Part shown: in pieces, positions 41,517 to 50,341 of the stretch
Layout of the letters: each line of letters opens with the position of its first letter
Position numbering within the stretch: the stretch's first letter is position 1
Assembly (NCBI GenBank): GCA_017397025.1
Contig: JAFQKG010000131.1
Coordinates: 1 to 50,703 of the forward strand
Length of the DNA stretch: 50,703 nt
Reading direction: 5' to 3'
Origin: Erysipelotrichaceae bacterium
Lineage (GTDB): Bacteria > Bacillota_I > Bacilli_A > Erysipelotrichales > Erysipelotrichaceae
Position numbers and translations under genes: made by a program
Notes under the pieces: model-generated
What the model was told of the DNA's origin: nothing
Database searches by the model: none
Seen by the model: only the letters and a program-made list of their open reading frames with translations

Positions 41517-42958
41517 TAGCGTCCAGAATTTCGAACACACTTCTTCAAGAAGCTGATCTTATCCTCAAATTTTCCAAATCCAGTCATGCGCCATGCCCAG
41601 TTTGGATAACCGACCGTACCTGGTGTATTCAGTCTTGCCTTTTCAGTCAGATTCAATACATCACACATCGGAACTATCGCATATTCAGCTTTAGAATCCA
41701 TTGAATATGCAATGAAATTTTCACTCAATACTGGATAGCGATAATTGTTTTTCTTAAAGTATTTGCGAATCTTCACTTTTTCGCTTTCTTTCTGTTCAGC
41801 TACCCAGCCTCTAATGGTCTGATTGTCATGAGTTCCTGTATAAATAATCAGATTCTCAGGATCTTCCGGCATCGATTTTGAATTAAAAGTAAACTGAACA
41901 ATACGCATTCCTTTAAAATTGAAATGATCTCTTAATGTAATCACTTCCGGTCTTAAATCTCCTAAATCTTCCGCTACAATTTTCATCTGCGGATATCTTT
42001 CAAACAGCTCATCAAACAATTCATAGCCAGGAGCTTCTACCCACTGTCCTTCAATCGCAGTTGGACAGGATGCTGGAATCTTCCAATAAGTATCAAATGC
42101 ACGGAAATGATCAATTCGTATAATATCGAATAGTTCTGCACTGTAAGCCAAACGATCCATCCAGAAATTGAAGTGATCGTCTCTCAGCTTTGTCCAGTTG
42201 TAGATTGGATTTCCCCATCTTTGACCAGTAGCACTGAAATAATCTGGAGGTACACCTGCAATAAATTCAGGACGGCCATCATCGTCTAATAGAAAACTCT
42301 GCTGAGATGACCAGACATCTTCTGAATCAATCCCCACATAGAAAGGTACATCCCCAAGAATTTCAATTCCTTTTTTGTTGGCATAGTTTTTCAGTTTCTT
42401 CCACTGACGATACAGCGTAAACTGAATGAACATTTCATAACGTATATTTTCTTCATATTCCTGGATGACTTCTTCATCTCTGGTATGAATCCACTGCTTG
42501 CACTCTTTTGGCCAATCATTCCAGCACTGCATGCCATTGGCTTTTTTCAAAGTCAGAAACACTGCATAAGTATACACCCATGGCTGAGAAACAAACTGAC
42601 GATATTCCTCATTTTCTTTAAAACGCTGAAATGCTTCTCTCAAATATGGCTGACGATATGCACGAACAGCTTCATAATCAATGGTTTTTTCATCTTTTCT
42701 AAATGAGGGAACCTCATCAATCAATCCTTCTTTTGCAAGAAGATCAAGTGAAATATAACATTCATCCATTGCTTTGGATGAATAAGGCTGATAAGGACTG
42801 TTGCCATAACCTAATGGATTCAATGGCAGAATCTGCCAGATTGTCATGCCAGTCTTTTTCAGTAAATCAACAAACTCATAGCTTTTTGGACCAAAATCGC
42901 CAATTCCAAATCGATTTGGCATCGACTGAATAGGCATCAATATTCCTGCTTGTCTCAT
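41516..42958 (-). CDS. malQ: 4-alpha-glucanotransferase (amylomaltase, GH77)
   Basis: 480 aa. MRQAGILMPIQSMPNRFGIGDFG N-terminus, and the IDHFRAF, GDVPFYV and EDLG motifs. Confidence 0.92.
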   Translation of the reverse strand: MRQAGILMPIQSMPNRFGIGDFGPKSYEFVDLLKKTGMTIWQILPLNPLGYGNSPYQPYSSKAMDECYISLDLLAKEGLIDEVPSFRKDEKTIDYEAVRAYRQPYLREAFQRFKENEEYRQFVSQPWVYTYAVFLTLKKANGMQCWNDWPKECKQWIHTRDEEVIQEYEENIRYEMFIQFTLYRQWKKLKNYANKKGIEILGDVPFYVGIDSEDVWSSQQSFLLDDDGRPEFIAGVPPDYFSATGQRWGNPIYNWTKLRDDHFNFWMDRLAYSAELFDIIRIDHFRAFDTYWKIPASCPTAIEGQWVEAPGYELFDELFERYPQMKIVAEDLGDLRPEVITLRDHFNFKGMRIVQFTFNSKSMPEDPENLIIYTGTHDNQTIRGWVAEQKESEKVKIRKYFKKNNYRYPVLSENFIAYSMDSKAEYAIVPMCDVLNLTEKARLNTPGTVGYPNWAWRMTGFGKFEDKISFLKKCVRNSGR

Positions 42959-42985
42959 ATGTTGGACTCCTTAAAATTCCCAATT

Positions 42986-43014
42986 ATTATAGCATACTCT
43001 CTTTCATATGTCCC
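42986..43014 (-). promoter_or_regulatory. Putative extended -10 promoter of malQ
   Basis: Minus strand reads GGGACA, 17 nt (last three are TGc), TATAAT (-10 at 42986-42991). Confidence 0.4.
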
Positions 43015-43062
43015 TAATTTTATTCACGGGAAGACAGCAACTTCATAGAGAAACAGTTTGAC

Positions 43063-44304
43063 TCAGTCAAGCCGATTCTTTTCAAACAGCCCCAGCATTT
43101 CTTTAGAGCCAGTTACTTCCATCAAAATTCCTTTTTCAAGATGATCCAGTTCTTTCACATCTGCATTCTCTTTTAAGCTCTGAAGCACAGCCATTCTATG
43201 ATACGGAATAATTCCTGTGATAGTTCCGCTTCTTTCATACAGACGACAATCAATTTCTCTCAGCAAATCATCCAAATGAATCATTTCTTTTGCGCTGATG
43301 CACAGCACATGTTCGTCTATGGACTCCATCAAATCACACTTGTTGTAAACAGTCAAAACAGGAACCTGATCAGCACCTATTTCCTCAAGCGTTTTTCTTG
43401 TCACTTCCATTTGTGCATCCCTAAGAGGTGAGCTTCCATCTACCACTTGTATCAGTAAATCCGCTTCTTTTGCATAAGACAGCGTACTGTGAAATGCCTG
43501 AATCAAGGCATGAGGCAATGAGCTGACAAAACCTACAGTATCTGATAAAAGAAACGTTTTTCCCGAAGGAAGCACACATCGACGTGTACTGGTATCCAGT
43601 GTCGCAAAAAGCATATCCTTCTCAAACACTTGTTTCTCTTCAGGGGCATTTTGAAGCTTTAAAATGGCATTCATCAGTGAACTTTTGCCTGCATTGGTAT
43701 ATCCTACTAAGGCCACTCGCTTCAAGGGAGAATTCATGCGTTTTGCTGAACGAAGTTTCGATTGTCTAGACAATTCTTCCAATTCTTTTTTGACAACACT
43801 GATTTTCTTTTTGATGCCTCTTTGCTGAAGCTGAAGTCGGCCTTCTCCTTTTCCGCGGTTTTTCACACCAGCTCCACCTCTTTGCTGATCCGAAGAAAGA
43901 TCGTTTTGTGACAGCTTCGGCAAAAGATAATTCAAACGTGCCATTTCTACCTGAAGCTTTGCTTCTTTTGTTCGAGCACGCCGCGAAAACAAATCAAGAA
44001 TCAATGTTGTGCGATCAATCACTTCACATTCAAGAAGATCAGAAATTGCCTGGACTTGCCCAGCACTTAAATCATGAAAAAACACCACACAATCTACCCT
44101 ATGAGCCTCAACACGCTCTTTCAGTTCCATGATTTTTCCACTGCCAAGGCAAGTTACTCGATCCATATGTTCCAGTTTCTGTGTCAGTTCATCTACAATT
44201 TCAATTTCACATGCTTCCGCAAGTCCTTTGCATTCTTCCATCACTTCATGCAGATTCCACTTTCGAAACGATTCATTGCATCCTGATAATATTCCTTTTC
44301 TCAC
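43063..44304 (-). CDS. hflX: GTPase HflX
   Basis: 413 aa. HflX N-domain, G1 GYTNAGKSSLMN, G3 DTVGF, G4 NKCD. GTG start with GAGGA 6 nt upstream. Confidence 0.9.
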   Translation of the reverse strand: MRKGILSGCNESFRKWNLHEVMEECKGLAEACEIEIVDELTQKLEHMDRVTCLGSGKIMELKERVEAHRVDCVVFFHDLSAGQVQAISDLLECEVIDRTTLILDLFSRRARTKEAKLQVEMARLNYLLPKLSQNDLSSDQQRGGAGVKNRGKGEGRLQLQQRGIKKKISVVKKELEELSRQSKLRSAKRMNSPLKRVALVGYTNAGKSSLMNAILKLQNAPEEKQVFEKDMLFATLDTSTRRCVLPSGKTFLLSDTVGFVSSLPHALIQAFHSTLSYAKEADLLIQVVDGSSPLRDAQMEVTRKTLEEIGADQVPVLTVYNKCDLMESIDEHVLCISAKEMIHLDDLLREIDCRLYERSGTITGIIPYHRMAVLQSLKENADVKELDHLEKGILMEVTGSKEMLGLFEKNRLD

Positions 44305-44360
44305 GTCATATCCTCACTCTTTCTTTTATTATAGACCAATTTTATTGCACTGATTAGTCA

Positions 44361-44387
44361 TAAAAGAAAAACTGTCCGAAGACAGTT
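44361..44387 (-). terminator. Rho-independent terminator after the Eis-like GNAT gene
   Basis: AACUGUC-UUCG-GACAGUU followed by UUUUCUUUU. Overlaps the TAA stop. Confidence 0.7.
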
Positions 44388-45297
44388 AATGTGTTTCGTT
44401 GTACCACAGCGGTTTATCTGTTTCCATTGCCTGCTGTACAGTATTGAATTTAAATCCGTATAATCTTTGAAACAGTTCTTTGTTGTTGATGCGCACCATC
44501 AGATTTCCCTTATGCTTCACTTCAGCTTTCGGAAAGAGTCTTTCCAGCTGTTCAGCTTCACTGACTTCCACTACACATTCAAATCTAAGCTGCAGACAGT
44601 GATTTAATATTTTCATTAATGAGCGGCTATCCAGATAGACAATTTCCTGAATCGTCAGCACACCCTCAACAAGATACAGCACTGCATAGCCGCTAATTTC
44701 TCCCTGAGTGTCATAGCAAACAACAATTTTTCCACCCTGAGCTTCCACTTCATAAGACAAATCTCTGAAATAAACTTCATCACGAACCATCACGCCATCA
44801 AATTTAGATGTGAACTGTGAATACACTTTGACAAGGTTTTTAAAGTCAAGCCGATATGTCACTCCAGTATCTGCCATCTGAGGAACATCAGAACGTCTAA
44901 TCAGAAGTTGTTTTCTTCGATACACCACATCAAATCCAAACTCTTTGTACATTTCTGGATCATATGCTTGTATCACTGTAACCAGTTCCTGATGTTCACA
45001 CTCATCCAGCACAACCTTCATCAACTGATGAAAATAACCTTTTTTACGCTGATCAAGGCGTGTCACAGCACCTGCAATCATAGATGCCTGAATCATTCTG
45101 CCATGAAGCATCATCCAGTGAGGAGTTTTAATCAGCGAAGAAATCACCTGATTCTCTTCTTTCAAAACAAATGCATATTCATCTTTGTAATATCGATCAA
45201 AAAAGAATTTTGTATATCCTCCATCATCAAATGAAAAAGCTTCTTTCCACAAAGCATGAATCTGTTCCTTATCTTTCACTGCTGCTTTCGTTATCAT
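44386..45297 (-). CDS. Eis-like double-GNAT-fold N-acetyltransferase (short C-terminus)
   Basis: About 303 aa from ATG 45297. N-terminal GNAT (MIAGAVTRLDQRKKGYFHQLM acetyl-CoA motif), a second GNAT-like half, and an LMVRINN segment as in Eis/SCP2-type enzymes. The ORF-track start at 45333 is a TTG. Overlaps the upstream gene by 29 nt. Confidence 0.65.
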   Translation of the reverse strand: MITKAAVKDKEQIHALWKEAFSFDDGGYTKFFFDRYYKDEYAFVLKEENQVISSLIKTPHWMMLHGRMIQASMIAGAVTRLDQRKKGYFHQLMKVVLDECEHQELVTVIQAYDPEMYKEFGFDVVYRRKQLLIRRSDVPQMADTGVTYRLDFKNLVKVYSQFTSKFDGVMVRDEVYFRDLSYEVEAQGGKIVVCYDTQGEISGYAVLYLVEGVLTIQEIVYLDSRSLMKILNHCLQLRFECVVEVSEAEQLERLFPKAEVKHKGNLMVRINNKELFQRLYGFKFNTVQQAMETDKPLWYNETH

Positions 45298-46204
45298 CTT
45301 CTCCACCTGCCCTGCACAAACGATATTTTTCAATCATAAAACTTGGATGATAGGCTTTCTTTGCCTGTCGAAGATTTTCTATTCCCATGTCATCTTCACG
45401 ATTGACATACTGAAAGTTTGGAAATTCATGAATCAGAAATTCCCTCATCATTGCCTGATAAAGTCCACGTATAGATTCATCTGCCTTCTCGATATTTTCC
45501 TGACACATTCTTTCACTTAGAACTGAACCTATCGCAAAGGCTCTTACTTTTCCATCAATGCGAATCAGCCCGCCTCTGCATGGCAGTTCACTGAAATGGT
45601 GCAGAATACGAGAAATCCCCAAAAGTTCATAATGAAGCTTGACATCCCCATCAGATTCAAAAGAAGAAAGATACTCAATGCAGTCATTTACGTTTTCTTC
45701 TGTGATGGATTCATAGCTCCATCTGTCTGCCATTTCCTTATAAAAAGCGTTCAAATGATTTCTCTTCTTCTGCAGTTTTTTCCCGGCAAAAGACTTGAGT
45801 GCTTCTACTTCATAAACATAATCATCAGCAGCACATTCATGACATCCGCAGTATTCAGGATAGATTTCAAGCACTTTTTCCATCATTTCCTTGGTAAAAC
45901 AGCTCAGTACAAATGGACATTGATAGCGATCAAAAATGCTTTTTGCCTTTCGAAGTGCCTGTTCAAAATACTGAATTTCACACAATGGCATATAGAGAAA
46001 CATCTGCCCCTGATAAATCCCAAGAAGCAAAAGATAGTCTTTTGTGCAATACTGAAACAAAGGATAAAGTTCTGCCCATTGAATCATATTGATCAAATTA
46101 TGATTGGATTCTTCATAACCTGCTAAATCAAGATATTTCTGAATCACAGGAAGATCTTCCAATGTAACCAGTTTAAAATCAGCTTCAAGTTCAAGCTTTG
46201 TCAT
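45269..46204 (-). CDS. Standalone DUF2156 protein (MprF C-terminal / aminoacyl-tRNA-dependent transferase-like domain)
   Basis: About 311 aa from ATG 46204 (RBS AAAGGAAA). Hallmark motifs GKKLQKKRNHLNAF and NREDDMGIENLRQAKKAYHP. Overlaps the small upstream ORF by 14 nt. Confidence 0.75.
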   Translation of the reverse strand: MTKLELEADFKLVTLEDLPVIQKYLDLAGYEESNHNLINMIQWAELYPLFQYCTKDYLLLLGIYQGQMFLYMPLCEIQYFEQALRKAKSIFDRYQCPFVLSCFTKEMMEKVLEIYPEYCGCHECAADDYVYEVEALKSFAGKKLQKKRNHLNAFYKEMADRWSYESITEENVNDCIEYLSSFESDGDVKLHYELLGISRILHHFSELPCRGGLIRIDGKVRAFAIGSVLSERMCQENIEKADESIRGLYQAMMREFLIHEFPNFQYVNREDDMGIENLRQAKKAYHPSFMIEKYRLCRAGGEDDNESSSER

Positions 46205-46439
46205 GTTCAATTTCCTTTTCTGTGTATTCTGCATCAATAATGACAGCTGATTTCTTTCTGTCAGTGACAAATGCAGCTGAAGTATCCTGTTCACTTTCCC
46301 TTAGCAGTTTCTTTGTCTTCCATGAGGTATAAAAAAGAAACAAAGCCAATGCTGCCAGAAGCAAAAGAACCAACGGCCAAAAAGTCATTAGTGCCCAGAC
46401 AAATAAAACAGCATATGCAATTTTCATGATTGATTCCAT
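46191..46439 (-). CDS. Small two-TM membrane protein, function unknown
   Basis: 82 aa. Hydrophobic hairpin (IAYAVLFVWALMTFWPLVLLLLAALALFLFY) and a charged tail. RBS GAGGTG. Lies 18 nt after the whiA stop. Confidence 0.55.
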   Translation of the reverse strand: MESIMKIAYAVLFVWALMTFWPLVLLLLAALALFLFYTSWKTKKLLRESEQDTSAAFVTDRKKSAVIIDAEYTEKEIEHDKA

Positions 46440-46457
46440 GAAATCACCTCAGAATTA

Positions 46458-47438
46458 TTATATCCCTTTTTCTGCATCGTGCATAGAAACACGCTCATTT
46501 TGACGTTCACGAATTTCTGCAGCAAGATCCGTCAATTTTTTCAAACGGTGTTTCATTCCCGATTTGGAAATAGAAACCCCTGTTTCTTCTTCATATGCTT
46601 CCGTGAGTTCGTTCAAAGAAGCTTCTGGACAATTTAACCGCAAATAGGCAATTTCTTTGAACTTTTCGTCCATGTGTGTCAGCATTCCCAAACTTTCAAG
46701 ATACAAAATATCTTCCACCTGTTTTCTAGCTGCTGCAATGGTTTTAACTTCATTGGCCAGTTCACAGTTATCTAAGCGTGTCAGATTGTTTCTGAAATCT
46801 CGGGTAATGCGAATATCTTCAAACTTCATCAATGCCTCTGATGCAGCAATACAGCGTAAAAAATCTGCAATTTTATCCGCTTGTTTGCAATACACCACAA
46901 AGTGTTTTCTTCTTTCTATAATCTTTGAAGGAAGATCAAAGCGGGCCATCAGCTTTTGAATAAAAATCGCATGAGTTTCTTCAAGGCAGGCAATTTCCAT
47001 GTGATAGTTAGACTTCGTCGGTGCATTCACACTCCCTGCAGCCATGAACGCACCTGCCAAATACGCTCTAGCACAGCAATCTTTTTTCACCAATAAATAC
47101 GCAGGATGCTCTTGAAGACCTTTTTCAGTCAGGATACCAAGCTCATCCAGAATTTCTTTGACATGAGAAAGAACACGAATCTGATAAATATAATTCTTTT
47201 TCAGATTCATCTTTCTAAGTACACTCAATTCTGTTTCAACCTCAAATTCTTCTTTCAGCATCTTTAGTGTGCGCTTGGCAATCGTTGCATTTTCTGTCTT
47301 GATAACCAGCACCATCCCCAACGACGAAAAGGTCAAGGTGGAACACATCTTGATCAGTGCACTTAACTGAGCTTTCTGACAGCACTCTTTCAGCTCATTG
47401 AGTGCTATTTCACTTTTGACCTCCGTAGTAAAGGACAT
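46458..47438 (-). CDS. whiA: DNA-binding protein WhiA
   Basis: 326 aa. MSFTTEVKSEI N-terminus, degenerate LAGLIDADG-like YLAGAFMAAGSV, and a C-terminal HTH (ISKSGMKHRLKKL). Confidence 0.93.
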   Translation of the reverse strand: MSFTTEVKSEIALNELKECCQKAQLSALIKMCSTLTFSSLGMVLVIKTENATIAKRTLKMLKEEFEVETELSVLRKMNLKKNYIYQIRVLSHVKEILDELGILTEKGLQEHPAYLLVKKDCCARAYLAGAFMAAGSVNAPTKSNYHMEIACLEETHAIFIQKLMARFDLPSKIIERRKHFVVYCKQADKIADFLRCIAASEALMKFEDIRITRDFRNNLTRLDNCELANEVKTIAAARKQVEDILYLESLGMLTHMDEKFKEIAYLRLNCPEASLNELTEAYEEETGVSISKSGMKHRLKKLTDLAAEIRERQNERVSMHDAEKGI

Positions 47439-48393
47439 CCTTGTTCATCCTCTCTAAAATCACTTCAAGACTTTTTCTGATTTTTTCTGAATCATGTCGA
47501 ACCAGATCCTTTGAAAAATCCAGCAAAGGACACTTCATGACTTCATATTCATGCTTTTCTTCACTCATAAGCACTTCCATGCTTCCTTCTTCGTGATATC
47601 TTTTTAAAATTGTTTCAGGAATGATTTCATCAGCCATCACAACCATGTCTACATCACTTCCATGGTGATGAAATGCAGCAACATGGTCTTCCATTGTATA
47701 GCCATCTGTTTCTCCTGGCTGTGTCATTGCATTGCAGTAGTATACCACTTTTGCCTTTGATTTTTCCAGTGCTTCTTTAATTTCAGGGATAATAATATTT
47801 GGCAGAATGCTGGTGTATACAGAACCAATCCCCAAAATTACCACATCTGCATCTAAAATAGCCTGTATTGCAGCAGGTGTCGCTTTCACTTCCTCTTCAT
47901 AAAACACTTCATTGATTCGATTGGAAATATCCGGAATATTTGATTCTCCGCGCACAATCGTTCCATCATGCATTCTCGCAAACAGTGTAATGACTTGAGA
48001 TGTTGCAGGAATAATCTCTCCTCTTACATTCAGCACTTTGCAAAGCGTAGAAATGCTTTCCAGAAAACTGCCGCAGGACTGTGTCATTGCTGTTAGAATC
48101 AGATTTCCTAAATTGTGTCCCATGACATCTTCTTCTTCAGAATCCGCAGACTCAAAGCGATAATCCATCAATGTTGACAACAACGTTTCTGATTCACCCA
48201 ACGAAATCAGTACATTGCGAATATCGCCCATCGCAGGAATATGAAAACGTCTGCGAAGTCTTCCTGTACTGCCGCCATCATCCGCAACAGTAACAATGGC
48301 TGCAATATCAATGTTTTCTATCTTTTTTATTCCTCTTAATATTGCAGATTGACCATGTCCTCCGCCAATGACAACGACTTTACGCTTAGTCAT
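47410..48393 (-). CDS. yvcK: Gluconeogenesis factor YvcK (CofD-like, UPF0052)
   Basis: 327 aa. VVVIGGGHGQS N-terminus and GPGSxYTS-like GIGSVYTSILPN motif. Confidence 0.92.
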   Translation of the reverse strand: MTKRKVVVIGGGHGQSAILRGIKKIENIDIAAIVTVADDGGSTGRLRRRFHIPAMGDIRNVLISLGESETLLSTLMDYRFESADSEEEDVMGHNLGNLILTAMTQSCGSFLESISTLCKVLNVRGEIIPATSQVITLFARMHDGTIVRGESNIPDISNRINEVFYEEEVKATPAAIQAILDADVVILGIGSVYTSILPNIIIPEIKEALEKSKAKVVYYCNAMTQPGETDGYTMEDHVAAFHHHGSDVDMVVMADEIIPETILKRYHEEGSMEVLMSEEKHEYEVMKCPLLDFSKDLVRHDSEKIRKSLEVILERMNKDVLYYGGQK

Positions 48394-49246
48394 GGTAAAT
48401 CTCCTGTTTATCTCTATGTTCTTTAAAACAGTGGTACTGGTCTTTATAATGGTTATATAGATAATTGGTCACACTTACAGAACGATGCTGACCTCCTGTA
48501 CAGCCAATCGCAACGGTAAAATGATTCTTGCCCTCTTTGACATATCTGTCAAAGGCAAAATCCAGAAATGATATCATCCTTGCACAGAATTCCTTCGTTT
48601 CAGGCTTATCCATGACATAATTGTACACACATTCATCATCGCCAGAATATGGCCTAAGTTCCACTTCCCAGAAAGGGTTCGGCAAAAAACGAACATCTAA
48701 CATACAGTCTGCATCCATCGGCACACCATGCTTATAGCCAAATGAAATAAAGCTGATTGTAAATACTGGCTTGTTGGAAAGAGAGAAATAATCCTGCACT
48801 TTGTTTTTCAATTCAGAACTGGTTAAAAAAGTAGTATCAATGACATAGGTTGCCTTGTCTTTAACACTTTGAAACATTCTTCTTTCTTCTTCAATTGCTT
48901 CTTCCAGTGTATGGCACACATTGCTGCTGAAAAGCGGATGATTTCTACGCGTCAATTTATATCGATGCAAAAGCTCTTCATTGGATGCATCCAGAAAAAG
49001 CACTCGCACATCCATATCACAACCTGTAAGAATATGCAGAAACTCAGGAAAGTCTTTCGCAGAAGTAGAAAGTACAATCGAATTGTATCTAGTATCTGTA
49101 CTGCCTTCAATCATATCCACCAAAGCACTGAGCAGCTGCACAGGAAAATTCTCCATGCAGTGATATCCCATGTCTTCAAGTACACTTGTTGCACTGGATT
49201 TGCCTGCACCAGACATGCCGCTTACTAGAATTACTCGTTTCTTCAT
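48386..49246 (-). CDS. rapZ: RNase adapter / nucleotide-binding protein RapZ (YvcJ)
   Basis: 286 aa. Walker A SGMSGAGKSS and C-terminal CTGGQHRSV motif. Confidence 0.93.
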   Translation of the reverse strand: MKKRVILVSGMSGAGKSSATSVLEDMGYHCMENFPVQLLSALVDMIEGSTDTRYNSIVLSTSAKDFPEFLHILTGCDMDVRVLFLDASNEELLHRYKLTRRNHPLFSSNVCHTLEEAIEEERRMFQSVKDKATYVIDTTFLTSSELKNKVQDYFSLSNKPVFTISFISFGYKHGVPMDADCMLDVRFLPNPFWEVELRPYSGDDECVYNYVMDKPETKEFCARMISFLDFAFDRYVKEGKNHFTVAIGCTGGQHRSVSVTNYLYNHYKDQYHCFKEHRDKQEIYHD

Positions 49247-49379
49247 CTTGCATCACCTTACTTTTATCTTATTCTAACATGCTTCATCTTACATCACAAT
49301 TAGACAAGAAATCATCTTCGACACAAAGTGATATTTCTTTGATTCTATGATAGAATAAATAAAGCTGAGGAGGAAAGCT

Positions 49380-49667
49380 ATGAGCCAAGACCCAAAAAAG
49401 ATGATTCTGAATTCACTGAAAAACTGCATCAATTCCGAATTGGACTTTTCTTCTTTCTGTGAAGAGTTCTGTTTTTATTATCTTTATTTGGATGAAGGTT
49501 CTTTTAAATCCTCTTGTCATCCACTTTTTGAGTCTGCAACGGATTTTCTGATTTACAGTCAGCCTATTATTACTCCAGAAACAATTTTATCCGCATCTGA
49601 TTTACTGGAGTTAATCCAATCAACTTATCAGCAGCTTCTCAAATTAGAAAACTTTGATATTCAGTAA
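49380..49667 (+). CDS. Hypothetical small cytoplasmic protein
   Basis: 95 aa. Strong RBS GAGGAGG, followed by an intrinsic terminator. No recognisable motif. Confidence 0.55.
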   Translation: MSQDPKKMILNSLKNCINSELDFSSFCEEFCFYYLYLDEGSFKSSCHPLFESATDFLIYSQPIITPETILSASDLLELIQSTYQQLLKLENFDIQ

Positions 49668-49688
49668 GACCTTACAGGTCTTTTTTTT
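49667..49688 (+). terminator. Rho-independent terminator
   Basis: AGACCT-tac-AGGTCT followed by T8. Confidence 0.65.
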
Positions 49689-49772
49689 ATGCATCATGTT
49701 TTGTGTTATCTGTCCAGTGATGCTTTCCGCTGCTTCATATTCTGTCATTGAAGCAAGACAAGGAGGGATAAC

Positions 49773-50099
49773 ATGCTTCACAAAAACAAATGCTGTTGTG
49801 ATGATGACAGCTGCTTCGAAAGAAGCGAAAGACTTTTCCAAGATAAAATGAATAACTGGAATTGCGGATGCAAGAGCGCAGACTGTTCATGCAATGATCA
49901 TTCTCGCTGCGATGATGCTGATAAAATGCCTCACAGACATGACTGTGATCCAACAGACGACATGGCATTAGCAATGGCTTATGTAAAAAGGCAAAAACTT
50001 AATCTGCGCACTTTAAAAGACTGCGATGATGCATTGAAATCAGGTACTTTATTTGATGAACTGGACCTTCCATTCACAAGAGGTGATTGCGATGATTAA
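49773..50099 (+). CDS. cotJA: Spore coat-associated protein CotJA with a Cys/Asp/His-rich N-terminal extension
   Basis: C-terminal LAMAYVKRQKLNLRTLKDCDDALKSGTLFDELDLPF matches the CotJA core. RBS AAGGAGGG. Followed by cotJB and cotJC. Confidence 0.7.
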   Translation: MLHKNKCCCDDDSCFERSERLFQDKMNNWNCGCKSADCSCNDHSRCDDADKMPHRHDCDPTDDMALAMAYVKRQKLNLRTLKDCDDALKSGTLFDELDLPFTRGDCDD

Positions 50100-50340
50100 T
50101 TCAAAAGCACTCTATCTTCTTCAAAGCAATGATTTCTGCATTCAGGAGTTAACCCTTTATTTGGACACTCACCCAGAAGACCGCACTGCAGCACATCTTC
50201 TTAGCAAGCATCTAGAAATCAGAGATGAACTCAAACATGCTGTTGAAAACGAAATGGGACCACTAACAAACTATGATCATGAGACAAGAGACTGGCGCTG
50301 GATCAAAGGACCTTGGCCATGGGAAAGGGGGACAAACTAA
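50092..50340 (+). CDS. cotJB: Spore coat protein CotJB
   Basis: LLQSNDFCIQELTLYLDTHPEDRTA and GPLTNYD motifs. The ATG at 50092 (RBS GAGGTG) overlaps the cotJA stop by 8 nt. Confidence 0.85.
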   Translation: MINSKALYLLQSNDFCIQELTLYLDTHPEDRTAAHLLSKHLEIRDELKHAVENEMGPLTNYDHETRDWRWIKGPWPWERGTN

Positions 50341-50341
50341 G

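Noticed and set aside
49654-49974. Overlapping 65-79-aa ORFs on both strands between the 95-aa gene and cotJA.
   Set aside because: They span the intrinsic terminator and the cotJA RBS and start. They have no RBS and have hydrophobic or Cys-rich nonsense translations.
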